Assembly (NCBI GenBank): GCA_044226015.1
Contig: JBGAHS010000010.1
Coordinates: 256,001 to 320,000, forward strand
Length of the DNA stretch: 64,000 nucleotides
Direction of reading: 5' to 3'
Source: Candidatus Obscuribacteraceae bacterium
Lineage (GTDB): Bacteria > Cyanobacteriota > Vampirovibrionia > Obscuribacterales > Obscuribacteraceae
Shown here piece by piece: positions 47,919-56,746 of this stretch. Below the pieces are notes generated by a model. That model was not told where the DNA came from. It worked only from the letters and a program-made list of their open reading frames with translations, and searched no databases. The stretch's first letter is position 1. Each line of letters opens with the position of its first letter. The position numbers and the translations under genes were made by a program.

Positions 47919-48728
47919 CTAGATTGCTTTGATTCTGGTGCGAAGAAGACGATTTAGTTCGGCTTGAACCTCGCCTTCGAGGCGCTTAGAGAGCGATAGT
48001 GCTGTTTCATATCGCTCGTTGCGGCTTTCTACCTTTTCGTAGTCAACTGCTTTCAGAATTCGCATTTTCCAATTGCCTGGCAATGACGCCATGTTAAGTG
48101 GGAAAGGAAGCAACGGCATGAAAGGAGTGATTGGAAAAGCTGGCAGGTCGAGCATTTTCGCTACACCATCAAGGTTGGCAATAATGGGGAATGACTCATC
48201 ACAGCCCAGAGTAGCCATTGGAAATATTTTTACGTTTTCTTCGATTGAGGGCAGCACTCGGGTCCAGTCGAATTCTCTGAGTCTGTAGCGCTCGGAGAAG
48301 GGCTTGATGGCTCCCTGTACGCCTTCGGGGAAGATTGCAACTAATTCGCCTTGAGCAAAAAGCTTCTTAGCGTTATCTGCGGACCATGGAACGAAGCCGA
48401 GTTCGCGAGCCAGGTGATGCAACCTCTCGTCTTCAATCCAGCCCATTTCACACATGATATTGAGTCGACGCGGCGCTGATTGTCTGTTCATCAGAGCGTA
48501 GGCGAGCATGATTCCTGACCACGGTAAAATACCGGCGGTGTTTCCGACGATAAGACCTGGACCTTCTTTTGGGATTCTGTCTAGCCCGTCACAAGTGACG
48601 CTCCACCAGTTTTTGTAGAGAAAGCTCAGCCATGGCTCGAGTTGTGCCATAGTTTTGAGGCTTGAGCCAAACTGCGTTGCCTTGCGGGCCGCTTTTATGT
48701 ATGACTTATATGTTTCTGAAAAACTCAT
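47919..48728 (-). CDS. PlsC-like acyltransferase homologue lacking the catalytic His/Asp
   Basis: GLDRIP and FPEG are present, but GNTAGILPWS replaces NH...D. ATG 48728 directly follows the stop of its paralogue. Confidence 0.8.
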   Translation of the reverse strand: MSFSETYKSYIKAARKATQFGSSLKTMAQLEPWLSFLYKNWWSVTCDGLDRIPKEGPGLIVGNTAGILPWSGIMLAYALMNRQSAPRRLNIMCEMGWIEDERLHHLARELGFVPWSADNAKKLFAQGELVAIFPEGVQGAIKPFSERYRLREFDWTRVLPSIEENVKIFPMATLGCDESFPIIANLDGVAKMLDLPAFPITPFMPLLPFPLNMASLPGNWKMRILKAVDYEKVESRNERYETALSLSKRLEGEVQAELNRLLRTRIKAI

Positions 48729-48729
48729 T

Positions 48730-49608
48730 TTAATCACCATCCCATCCTGCAAACGCAGACTTTCGTTCGCGTAGCAGTTCATTAAGGTCTTTTTGTATCT
48801 GATACTGAATGTCTCTAGCTATGCGCAGAGTCAGCTTTCTGTCGCTTGCTTTTTCTGGAGGGTAGTCCAGTTTGATAGGCTCATGCACTTTCATCAACCA
48901 TCTGACTGGCAGCGGAATGAACATCATTGGAGTGGGCAGCCAGGGGAAAGCCGGAGTGATTGGGAAGAATGGCATCTTCAGCAACTGCGCGAGACTCTTG
49001 CAATTGGCAAAATTTGGGTATATCTCGTCACCACCAACGGTGGCAATCGGAACCAGTGGTGTCTGTGTCTGAATCGCTAACTGTACAAACCCTGGGTTGA
49101 AATCGTGAACGCGATAACGCTCTGCAAATGTCTTTCCTACGCCTCTGATACCTTCGGGATAAATGCCGACGATTTCGTCAGCATCTAGCAACTTGATGGC
49201 ATTTTCTTTGCTGGCGCGAACCTGTCCGGTTTCCATCGCCCATTCTCTGAGTCCTGGCGTGCTGAAAAACCAGTCGGTAGCCAAAAAGCGTATTCGACGG
49301 GGACGCTCGTGTGATGTACACATCAGAGACGTTAGCAGTCCGCCATCCATCGGCAGCAACCCAGAGTGGTTTCCGCAGAGAATGACTCTGCCTTCGTTGG
49401 GAATGTTTTCGAGACCCTTGATCCTCATCTTGAAGTATTCTTCGTTGAGAAAGCGGAAATAGCGTTCCCAACGGGCGAATGTCTCGAATTTAAAGCCGAA
49501 TTCATCCTCGACTCCAGCATAAAGCTTGTAAAAGTCGGGATTGCGCTTCGACAACTCCTCAAGGGCGTCAGCCGGCTTTAGCGCTTGAATAGTCGACCAA
49601 TAATCCAC
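48730..49608 (-). CDS. Lysophospholipid/glycerolipid acyltransferase (PlsC-like)
   Basis: GLENIP, NHSGLLPMD, YPEG and GFVQLA...VP. Confidence 0.9.
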   Translation of the reverse strand: MDYWSTIQALKPADALEELSKRNPDFYKLYAGVEDEFGFKFETFARWERYFRFLNEEYFKMRIKGLENIPNEGRVILCGNHSGLLPMDGGLLTSLMCTSHERPRRIRFLATDWFFSTPGLREWAMETGQVRASKENAIKLLDADEIVGIYPEGIRGVGKTFAERYRVHDFNPGFVQLAIQTQTPLVPIATVGGDEIYPNFANCKSLAQLLKMPFFPITPAFPWLPTPMMFIPLPVRWLMKVHEPIKLDYPPEKASDRKLTLRIARDIQYQIQKDLNELLRERKSAFAGWDGD

Positions 49609-49754
49609 AAAACCCCCAGGACGCCAGGTCCGAAACAGATGAATACAACTAGTTTTTTGAGCATGGCGCGTATGAATTCGCCTGCATGGTTTGAAGTTTC
49701 GACTTCGTCTTCGAATGTGCTTGAGGTGTCGTTGCTGGTTTCGTTGTCTTGCAT
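49578..49754 (-). CDS. Small membrane protein (58 aa), not in the ORF track
   Basis: Translated by hand: MQDNETSNDTSSTFEDEVETSNHAGEFIRAMLKKLVVFICFGPGVLGVLWIIGRLFKR*. One C-terminal TM helix. Confidence 0.5.
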   Translation of the reverse strand: MQDNETSNDTSSTFEDEVETSNHAGEFIRAMLKKLVVFICFGPGVLGVLWIIGRLFKR

Positions 49755-49994
49755 ATCTCTCTACCGGTGGTACGTACGCGACACTACCAGTATAAGCGCG
49801 GACGCAGCCTATATATATGCTTGATTAACAAATCGATAAGCAACGACTATGCTCTGAGAATGGCTGTTTTGTGGCGTTTTCAGAGTAGTTTTGACCCACT
49901 TATAAAACTTTAAGGACATTCAAATCGTCACTAAAGAGGCGTCTCAGGCTCGGCGCTATGAGATAATTTTCCTCTCTCAGGAGGAGCAAAGATA

Positions 49995-50327
49995 ATGTCA
50001 CAACCAGATTTCTCAAAAATGATGCGAGATGCTCAAAGTTCGATTCTGAAAATGAAGCAGGATATGGACAAGATGCAGTCAGAACTCGCTGCCGTAATCA
50101 TCGAAGGCACCGCAGGTGGTGGCGCCGTTAAAGTGATTTGCAATGGCAATCAGGAGTACAAGTCTGTCAAAATCAAGAAAGAAGCTATCGATCCAAACGA
50201 CCCTGAAACTCTGGAAGACCTCGTACTTGCTGCCATTAAAGATGCTTCTACCAAAGCTCAAGCATTGATGCAGCAAAGAGCTGGTGCGCTCACCGCTGGC
50301 ATGAATTTGCCACCAGGTTTGATCTAA
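49995..50327 (+). CDS. ybaB: YbaB/EbfC nucleoid-associated protein
   Basis: GTAGGGAVKV and D.ETLEDLVLAA. Upstream of recR, with a GAGGAG RBS. Confidence 0.93.
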   Translation: MSQPDFSKMMRDAQSSILKMKQDMDKMQSELAAVIIEGTAGGGAVKVICNGNQEYKSVKIKKEAIDPNDPETLEDLVLAAIKDASTKAQALMQQRAGALTAGMNLPPGLI

Positions 50328-50363
50328 TCAGCGCGAAAGTTTTCGGAAGAGACTCGACTATAG

Positions 50364-50960
50364 ATGTTTTTTACTCGCCCGTTAGCAAAGCTCATTGAGG
50401 AGTTTCAAAAGTTTCCGGGCGTAGGTCCGAAGTCGGCACAGAGAATGGCATTCTTTGTGCTCGACTTAAGCGCTGAAGAAGTCCATGACCTTGCGCAGAC
50501 TATTCTGGAAGCTAAAGAGAAAGTCAAACACTGCAGTGTTTGTTTCCACTTAAGTGCGCAAAATCCTTGCGAAATTTGTGCTGACGACAGGCGCGATCGC
50601 AGCACCATTTGTGTGGTGTCTGATGCTCGAGATGTCATCGCGCTTGAACGAACTCGTGAGTTCAAAGGCTCATATCACGTTTTGACTGGGTTGATTTCCC
50701 CTATGGAAGGACGCGGACCTGACCAACTGAGCATTCGCGAGTTGATTCAGAGGCTGCAAGCTGGGGGCGTCAAGGAAGTGATTCTAGCGATAAATCCAAC
50801 AGTCGAAGGAGACGCTACAGTCCTTTATTTGACGCAGCTTCTCAAGCCTAGCGGAGTAAGAGTTAGCCGTATCGCTTTCGGTTTACCCATGGGGGCTGAC
50901 CTGGAGTATGCCGACGACGTCACGCTATCCAAAGCAATGGAAGGTCGTCGCGAAATTTAG
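50364..50960 (+). CDS. recR: Recombination protein RecR
   Basis: [11 protein letters not shown]4 zinc finger and [21 protein letters not shown]. Confidence 0.97.
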   Translation: MFFTRPLAKLIEEFQKFPGVGPKSAQRMAFFVLDLSAEEVHDLAQTILEAKEKVKHCSVCFHLSAQNPCEICADDRRDRSTICVVSDARDVIALERTREFKGSYHVLTGLISPMEGRGPDQLSIRELIQRLQAGGVKEVILAINPTVEGDATVLYLTQLLKPSGVRVSRIAFGLPMGADLEYADDVTLSKAMEGRREI

Positions 50961-51041
50961 TTTCGAACATTCAATTCTGGTTTGAGGTTCGAGTGAATTT
51001 ATCCGTCTGAATCTAGTTGCTGCAACTGGTTTCTGGCAAGC

Positions 51042-52739
51042 CTAGTCTGGGCTCGGAATCGACGTCAGATTTTGGTTTGTCTCAAAGTCAGTTAGCATCT
51101 CATCTGCTTTGGCTGTGGCTCCAAGATTGCGGAGAACTTCAGCATAGTCGTTTACTGCCTCGGGCATCATTCCCCCCGGGTACTTTCCCCACTTGCTGAA
51201 TATGCGCAGCGATTCTCGATAAGGTGCCACAGCTTCCTTGAACTTACCCAACTTTAAATAGCATTTGCCGAGGTGTGAGTAATTCTCAGCTAGATAGCTG
51301 TCTTCGCGGCCTGCCCCAACGTTTCTTCTACCATTTTCTTTGTATGTTTTGATACCAAACTCAAGCAAAGGAATGGCCTGCTCATACTTGCCTTTAACGA
51401 AATAGGTGTAAGAGAGCTGATCAAGCCGTTCCGCATCTTTGTAGGGATTGACCGGCGCTGGAGTTGCGTTTTGTTGTGCTGGAACGGCTGGGGGAGCTGA
51501 ATTCATTACCTTATAAATGGTCGCGAAAAAAGTCGCTAATAAAATTCCCAACAGTCCATATGTCACCACTTGTGTTTTGGGCGACGAAAAGGCTTTCTCA
51601 GATTTTTTCTTTCTTTGTGTAGAACGCTGCTGGGTGGGCGATGAAAGAGCTTCATTGTCGCGCAAGCATTCGAGGTCTTTCTTGAGTTCTCTTGCATTTT
51701 GATAGCGGTCTTTCACGTCTTTTCGCAGGCAAGCTTCCACGACGCGGTCGAGGTCTTTGTTGATGTAATCTGCTGGATGAATAAGCGAGGGTGCCTTGGC
51801 TTCTGTTGTGACGATCTTTATTATGGTGTCAACAAAATTCTTGCCTTCGAATGGATGCTGTCCTGTTAGGGTTTTGTACATGACGCAACCGAGCGAATAG
51901 ATGTCGGTACGTGCATCTAAGTCCAGTCCCTTACACTGCTCGGGTGACATGTACATTGGGCTGCCGAAGAGGTCTCCGGTTTGAGTTATGTCTCCTGTAA
52001 GGTCAATTGTTTGATTGGGCAGAACTTTGGCGATTCCGAAGTCGAATAGTTTGGCGTAGTCGATGCCGTTTTTTGTGCTGACCATTATGTTGCTGGGCTT
52101 TATGTCTCGATGGATAAGCCCATTGTTATGGGTGTGTTCAAGCGCCTCGCAAATCTGAATGAATATGTCGATTGCCTGTCTCTGCGACAATCGATTTTGT
52201 GCCTTTAGCATTTGGTCTAGAGTTTTGCCTTCCAGCAAATCCATCACCAGAAACGGGGTGTCATCTTTTCCAATGCCGTACTCATAGACTGCTGCAAGAT
52301 GTGCGTGGGTAAGCATCATCGCTGCTTTTGCTTCTTGTTCGAAGCGCTTTACCGAGCTTTTGTCATCGATTAGCTGGGGGTTGAGCAATTTCACAGCAAA
52401 TGTCTTGTCACTGGCTTTTTCTTTCGCCTTCACGACGGTGCCCATTCCGCCTTGCCCGAGAATTTCCATTACCTGAAAGCGTTCGTCCAGAATGCTCTGT
52501 GCTTCTTCAATAGAAAATGATAGTTTCGCTTTTGACAGTTTTGTTTCTCTTTCGCCGCTTGTTTGTGATGAGTCGACGCCGTCGGGACTTGTTTGCGTCA
52601 GCCTGCACTGGCAGCGGCTGCTGTCAGCCAGATAGCGAGTCACGTCGGTTCTGGCTTTCTCGCCAGCGATCGGCAATCCACAGTCTGCGCAGATCAGTTG
52701 AGCTACATCTGTTTCGGTTTTAAGTTCTTTCTTTTGCAT
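51042..52739 (-). CDS. Membrane Ser/Thr protein kinase with C-terminal TPRs and an N-terminal Cys motif
   Basis: GQGGMG, AVK, HRDIKPSN, DFG and GSPMYMSPEQ, then a TM helix and TPRs. Confidence 0.93.
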   Translation of the reverse strand: MQKKELKTETDVAQLICADCGLPIAGEKARTDVTRYLADSSRCQCRLTQTSPDGVDSSQTSGERETKLSKAKLSFSIEEAQSILDERFQVMEILGQGGMGTVVKAKEKASDKTFAVKLLNPQLIDDKSSVKRFEQEAKAAMMLTHAHLAAVYEYGIGKDDTPFLVMDLLEGKTLDQMLKAQNRLSQRQAIDIFIQICEALEHTHNNGLIHRDIKPSNIMVSTKNGIDYAKLFDFGIAKVLPNQTIDLTGDITQTGDLFGSPMYMSPEQCKGLDLDARTDIYSLGCVMYKTLTGQHPFEGKNFVDTIIKIVTTEAKAPSLIHPADYINKDLDRVVEACLRKDVKDRYQNARELKKDLECLRDNEALSSPTQQRSTQRKKKSEKAFSSPKTQVVTYGLLGILLATFFATIYKVMNSAPPAVPAQQNATPAPVNPYKDAERLDQLSYTYFVKGKYEQAIPLLEFGIKTYKENGRRNVGAGREDSYLAENYSHLGKCYLKLGKFKEAVAPYRESLRIFSKWGKYPGGMMPEAVNDYAEVLRNLGATAKADEMLTDFETNQNLTSIPSPD

Positions 52740-52870
52740 AGAGGAGTTATGCCCGAATTAGCTCTGCGAACATACCCACACTTGTTTATTTGAACATTGA
52801 GAGAAATGAAAATTTTGGATTCTCTCCTGAGCTTCGGATAGGAGCGGATTACTGATCTGGATCTGATCGT

Positions 52871-52952
52871 GATCAGTTCTAATTTGCTTTTGATTGCTTC
52901 TAATCTGCTTCAGATTGGTTCTGATCTGCTTTGATTGGTTCGGATCTGCTTG
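52871..52952. repeat. Degenerate 20-21-bp tandem repeat x4
   Basis: GATTGGTTCTGATCTGCTTT-like units at 52871, 52892, 52913 and 52933. Confidence 0.75.
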
Positions 52953-52955
52953 TAA

Positions 52956-54017
52956 TTAATACCGGCGAGTAGCTTGCAGCAGCATGTTCTTGGCTGCGTT
53001 TATAACTGCCTGTGCTGATAGTTCTGTCAGGCACTGGCGTTTGTCATCGCAGGTCTTTTTGTAATTGCAGGGGCGGCAGCTGAGATTGCTATCGAAAAGT
53101 GCCAGATTCTTCGTGCCCCAGGGAGCCCAGCGCTCTGGGTCCGTCGGTCCGAACAAGGCGAGTGTCGGCGTACCCGCAGCGGCCGATAAATGTGCGGGTC
53201 CGGAGTCAGTGCAAATTGCTAAGTCCATATTCGCAAGCAGAGCCATGCTTTGTTGAAGGCTGAGCTTTCCGGAGGTGTTGATCGCTTCAATGCCCGAGGT
53301 CCGATCCAACTCCTCATACATTTTTGTGTCTTGCGCTGAGCCTGCATGGAAAGCTAGATATTCTCCGCTTTCACAAAGCCCACGCATCACCTCTGCCCAG
53401 TTTTCTAGAGGATACATTTTGTCGGGATGCGCGGCTGCGGCATGGAACAGAATTTTGGGCTTACGGCTTTTCAGCTCAGGCACGAGTTCTTCAATTTGGC
53501 TTTGCTCACTTGCCGAAATCCATGATTCCATCTCTGTGTTCACTATCGGAATATCCGCTGCTCGCAATACGTCGAGCGTGGATTCGACTTCGTGTATAGA
53601 CGGATTCCACTTTACGGCTGTGGTCAAAAATAAGGATCTGGGCGGACTACCATAGCCGATTCTGTTTCTGCAGCCAATCAGAAGCGGGAGTAGAGCCGCA
53701 GACCAGGAGCGTTTTAGAACAAAAGCTGTGTCGTATTTTCGCTCTTTCAGTTCGCTAACGTATGACCAAAATGAACGTGGCTTGCCCGCCCCGCTGTCAT
53801 ACTTGTGAAATCGAGTGGTATCGTAGCAAATCAATTCATTGATGTAAGGACATCCCTGAAGAACCTCGCCGCTTTGGGGACCAACAAGCACATCGATTTT
53901 CGCATTCGGGTATGCTTCTCGCAAATTTCGCAAGAAGGGAACCGTAAGAATGGTGTCACCGATAAATCTATATCTGATGACGAGAATTCTTGAGGCAGCC
54001 GGTTTGCTGTTAGCCAT
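52956..54017 (-). CDS. waaF: GT9 LPS heptosyltransferase (WaaF-like)
   Basis: ILVIRYRFIGD, DSGPAHL and LFGPTDP..WAP. In an operon with lpxK and waaA. Confidence 0.8.
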   Translation of the reverse strand: MANSKPAASRILVIRYRFIGDTILTVPFLRNLREAYPNAKIDVLVGPQSGEVLQGCPYINELICYDTTRFHKYDSGAGKPRSFWSYVSELKERKYDTAFVLKRSWSAALLPLLIGCRNRIGYGSPPRSLFLTTAVKWNPSIHEVESTLDVLRAADIPIVNTEMESWISASEQSQIEELVPELKSRKPKILFHAAAAHPDKMYPLENWAEVMRGLCESGEYLAFHAGSAQDTKMYEELDRTSGIEAINTSGKLSLQQSMALLANMDLAICTDSGPAHLSAAAGTPTLALFGPTDPERWAPWGTKNLALFDSNLSCRPCNYKKTCDDKRQCLTELSAQAVINAAKNMLLQATRRY

Positions 54018-54046
54018 TACCGCTTCTCTTCAAAGTGCGCATTGAA

Positions 54047-55171
54047 TTATCTTGCGGCTCCAGCTGGAAGCTTCGAAGAATTCTTCATTTTTTTCAAAAT
54101 TGCTCTGAGTTCTTGCAGGTCCGTTAGTTCGACACCGCTCCAGCTTGTTGAAAGCGACAATTCGGCGAGAGGAACTTTGTCGATGAATTCTTCTGGCAGT
54201 CTCACGCGGTCTTTCGCTGTTGTTACCAGGAATTGGGCACCACTTTCTTCAAAGTCGCGTGCGAGCTTATCCAACTCCTGCGCTGTAAGCCAGTGGTGGT
54301 CGGGATAAGTCTGTTTTCCAGCTACAACACAGCCAGCAGAATACAGTTGTTTGATGAAACCTTCTGGACGTGCGATGCCGCAAAACGCGAAGACTCTAAC
54401 TCCATCACCACGGGTGGTGATAGTTACCTTCTGCGAATTATAGACCCGGTGGAGCCCATCAGTTTCAAACCGGCAGCTCAAAACTGGTATGCCTGGTCTG
54501 AATTGATTTGCCTTGACCCTGAGTTGTTGAATTTTTCGCGGGTCAGGGTTGTCTGGCAGTTTGCTTATGACGATGCAATCTGCACGAGCAATTGATGTAA
54601 TTGGTTCTCTGAGTCGTCCTGCAGGAAGAAGCTTCAGGTCTTCCAAGTCATCGTTGTAATCGTAGACAAGAATATCGAAATCACGATAAAGCTTCAGGTG
54701 CTGAAATCCGTCATCGAGAATAAGTATGTCGCACGCATAGTCCTTAATTGCCATCTGACCCGCAGCATAGCGGTCTGCCGAGACAATCACTACTGCGCCT
54801 GGCACGGACTGTGCAATCAAAAATGGTTCATCGCCCGCCTGGGCGGAGTCAACGAGAATCTGCCGACCATCACTCACAACCAGCACTTTTTCGCTTGAGC
54901 GTCTCTTGTAACCACGGCTCAATATGCCGACTTTCAGCCCAAATCTCTGTAAGCCCTTAGCCAGGTCGATGGTGATTGGAGTTTTGCCAGTGCCGCCTAC
55001 GGTCAGGTTGCCTATGGAGATGACGGGTGCGCTGAGGCGTTTCTGCGTGAGAATCTTGTTCTCGTAGCCTTTCAATCGAGACAAACTACCCAGCTTATAG
55101 AATGCACTCAAGGGGCTGAGCAACGAGTTCAAAAGCTTTTCTTGAGTTGTTTCTGGTTTGTACCAGCTCAT
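54047..55171 (-). CDS. lpxK: Tetraacyldisaccharide 4'-kinase
   Basis: GNLTVGGTGKTP, SRGY, GDEP, DDGFQH, PAGRLRE and DHH. Confidence 0.96.
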   Translation of the reverse strand: MSWYKPETTQEKLLNSLLSPLSAFYKLGSLSRLKGYENKILTQKRLSAPVISIGNLTVGGTGKTPITIDLAKGLQRFGLKVGILSRGYKRRSSEKVLVVSDGRQILVDSAQAGDEPFLIAQSVPGAVVIVSADRYAAGQMAIKDYACDILILDDGFQHLKLYRDFDILVYDYNDDLEDLKLLPAGRLREPITSIARADCIVISKLPDNPDPRKIQQLRVKANQFRPGIPVLSCRFETDGLHRVYNSQKVTITTRGDGVRVFAFCGIARPEGFIKQLYSAGCVVAGKQTYPDHHWLTAQELDKLARDFEESGAQFLVTTAKDRVRLPEEFIDKVPLAELSLSTSWSGVELTDLQELRAILKKMKNSSKLPAGAAR

Positions 55172-56493
55172 CGTCGTACCCCTCCCACAGTCTCGACTCG
55201 TAACTCTGTATCTGGACCCTTGTGATGCAGGTATTCTTCCAGCAGGGCCAGTGTTTTGGCAAGTGCCCCCTGGCTTTGAGCCAGGAAATTGTAGCCGTTT
55301 TCTCCGAGCTCTTTCCGCTTCTGAGGCGATTCGAGCAGTGATTTTATTGCTGGGCTAAGCTCTTTTTCATCGTTCAAAACTTGCAGGGCATTTGCCTCTT
55401 GCATCTTTTGGAATAAGTCTTTTGTCTTGTGAATATGAGGTCCGCAGATGACAGGCGTTTTATAAATGCATGGCTCAACTAGATTGTGCCCACCGACGTT
55501 TGCGATAGTGCCACCAACAAAAGCAATATCTGCGATTGAATAAAAGCGGGTTAGTTGACCAATTGTGTCGAGCAAATATACGTCTCTAGCAGCCTCAATG
55601 GATTCATTGAGGCTAAATCTCTTTGCTGTTGATCCAGCGCTCTCTATGAGGCTTGCGACGCGCTGAAATCTTTCCGGGTGCCGTGGCACCAGTATGAGTC
55701 GGAACTTGTAATCGAGCTCTTTTAACGCGTTGATAAACGCAGTTTCTTCACCTTCGTGAGTAGAGCCTGCGACTACTACAATTTCGCTTGCGTTCAATCC
55801 GAGCTTATGCCGAAGCTGCATCTTCTCTGCTTCACTGCAAGGCTTCGCTCCATCAAGTTTGATGTTGCCGCAGACTCTTATTGGAACCTGAGGGTTTCCC
55901 ATTAGCTCAGCGAACCGTTCTTTCTCTGATTCTGATTGGACTGCCAGCGCTGAAAATTTGTTCAATACCGAAGCAAAGAAAAATTGAAATCTCTTGTAGC
56001 CACGGAAAGATTTTGGAGAGAGTCTTCCGTTCAGAAGTAAGACAGGAATTTTTCGCGTCTTGCATTCTTCCATGAAGCCCGGCCATCGCTCGGTCTCGAC
56101 GATTGCAACTACGCTGGGGTTTATCAGGTCTAGCCAGGCGTTGGTTGCCCAGGGCAAATCGAATGGAAAGAAGAACAAGTCAGCTAGTTTTGCTGCTTTC
56201 GCTTTAGCTTGTTCATGACCAGTAGCAGTCGTGTTTGAAATGAAGATTTTGTATTCGGGATGCTGTTTGTGAAACTCTTCGATCAAAGGAAGTACAGCAT
56301 TCAATTCTCCTACCGAAACTGCATGAAACCAGATTCGCGGATAAGAACCGTAGCGACTGACCTTTGACCTAAGTTCAGAAGGAATGAAGCCGAGTTTTTG
56401 CGTGAGTCCTGCGCGAGCCTTTTTGGCGCAGAGCAAGAACGGTCCTACGGTAAATAGGACGAGCCCAAAGACGAAGTAGTAGATGATTGTCAC
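55168..56493 (-). CDS. waaA: Kdo transferase
   Basis: WFHAVSVGE, ETERWP, AGSTHEGEE, PRHPER and GGHNLVEP. Confidence 0.96.
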   Translation of the reverse strand: MTIIYYFVFGLVLFTVGPFLLCAKKARAGLTQKLGFIPSELRSKVSRYGSYPRIWFHAVSVGELNAVLPLIEEFHKQHPEYKIFISNTTATGHEQAKAKAAKLADLFFFPFDLPWATNAWLDLINPSVVAIVETERWPGFMEECKTRKIPVLLLNGRLSPKSFRGYKRFQFFFASVLNKFSALAVQSESEKERFAELMGNPQVPIRVCGNIKLDGAKPCSEAEKMQLRHKLGLNASEIVVVAGSTHEGEETAFINALKELDYKFRLILVPRHPERFQRVASLIESAGSTAKRFSLNESIEAARDVYLLDTIGQLTRFYSIADIAFVGGTIANVGGHNLVEPCIYKTPVICGPHIHKTKDLFQKMQEANALQVLNDEKELSPAIKSLLESPQKRKELGENGYNFLAQSQGALAKTLALLEEYLHHKGPDTELRVETVGGVRR

Positions 56494-56746
56494 TATAATC
56501 GCAACTACTCATTACTGAGTAGCCTGCCAGAAACCCAAAACCAAACCTTGGTACAAGTTTACAAGGGTCGTCAGGTGCTTACAATCATACTCTTTTAAGT
56601 TTCGAGGTTTTTTCGGGCTCTTTTGCCAGAACTCGCTAATCCTTAGTTAATGAAGGGGATTTTGAACAGCATATTGGCTCCAGCTAATCTTCGCGACAGC
56701 GAATCACCTGTTTATCATATTGTTGGGATTCTCATTGCACTAACTC

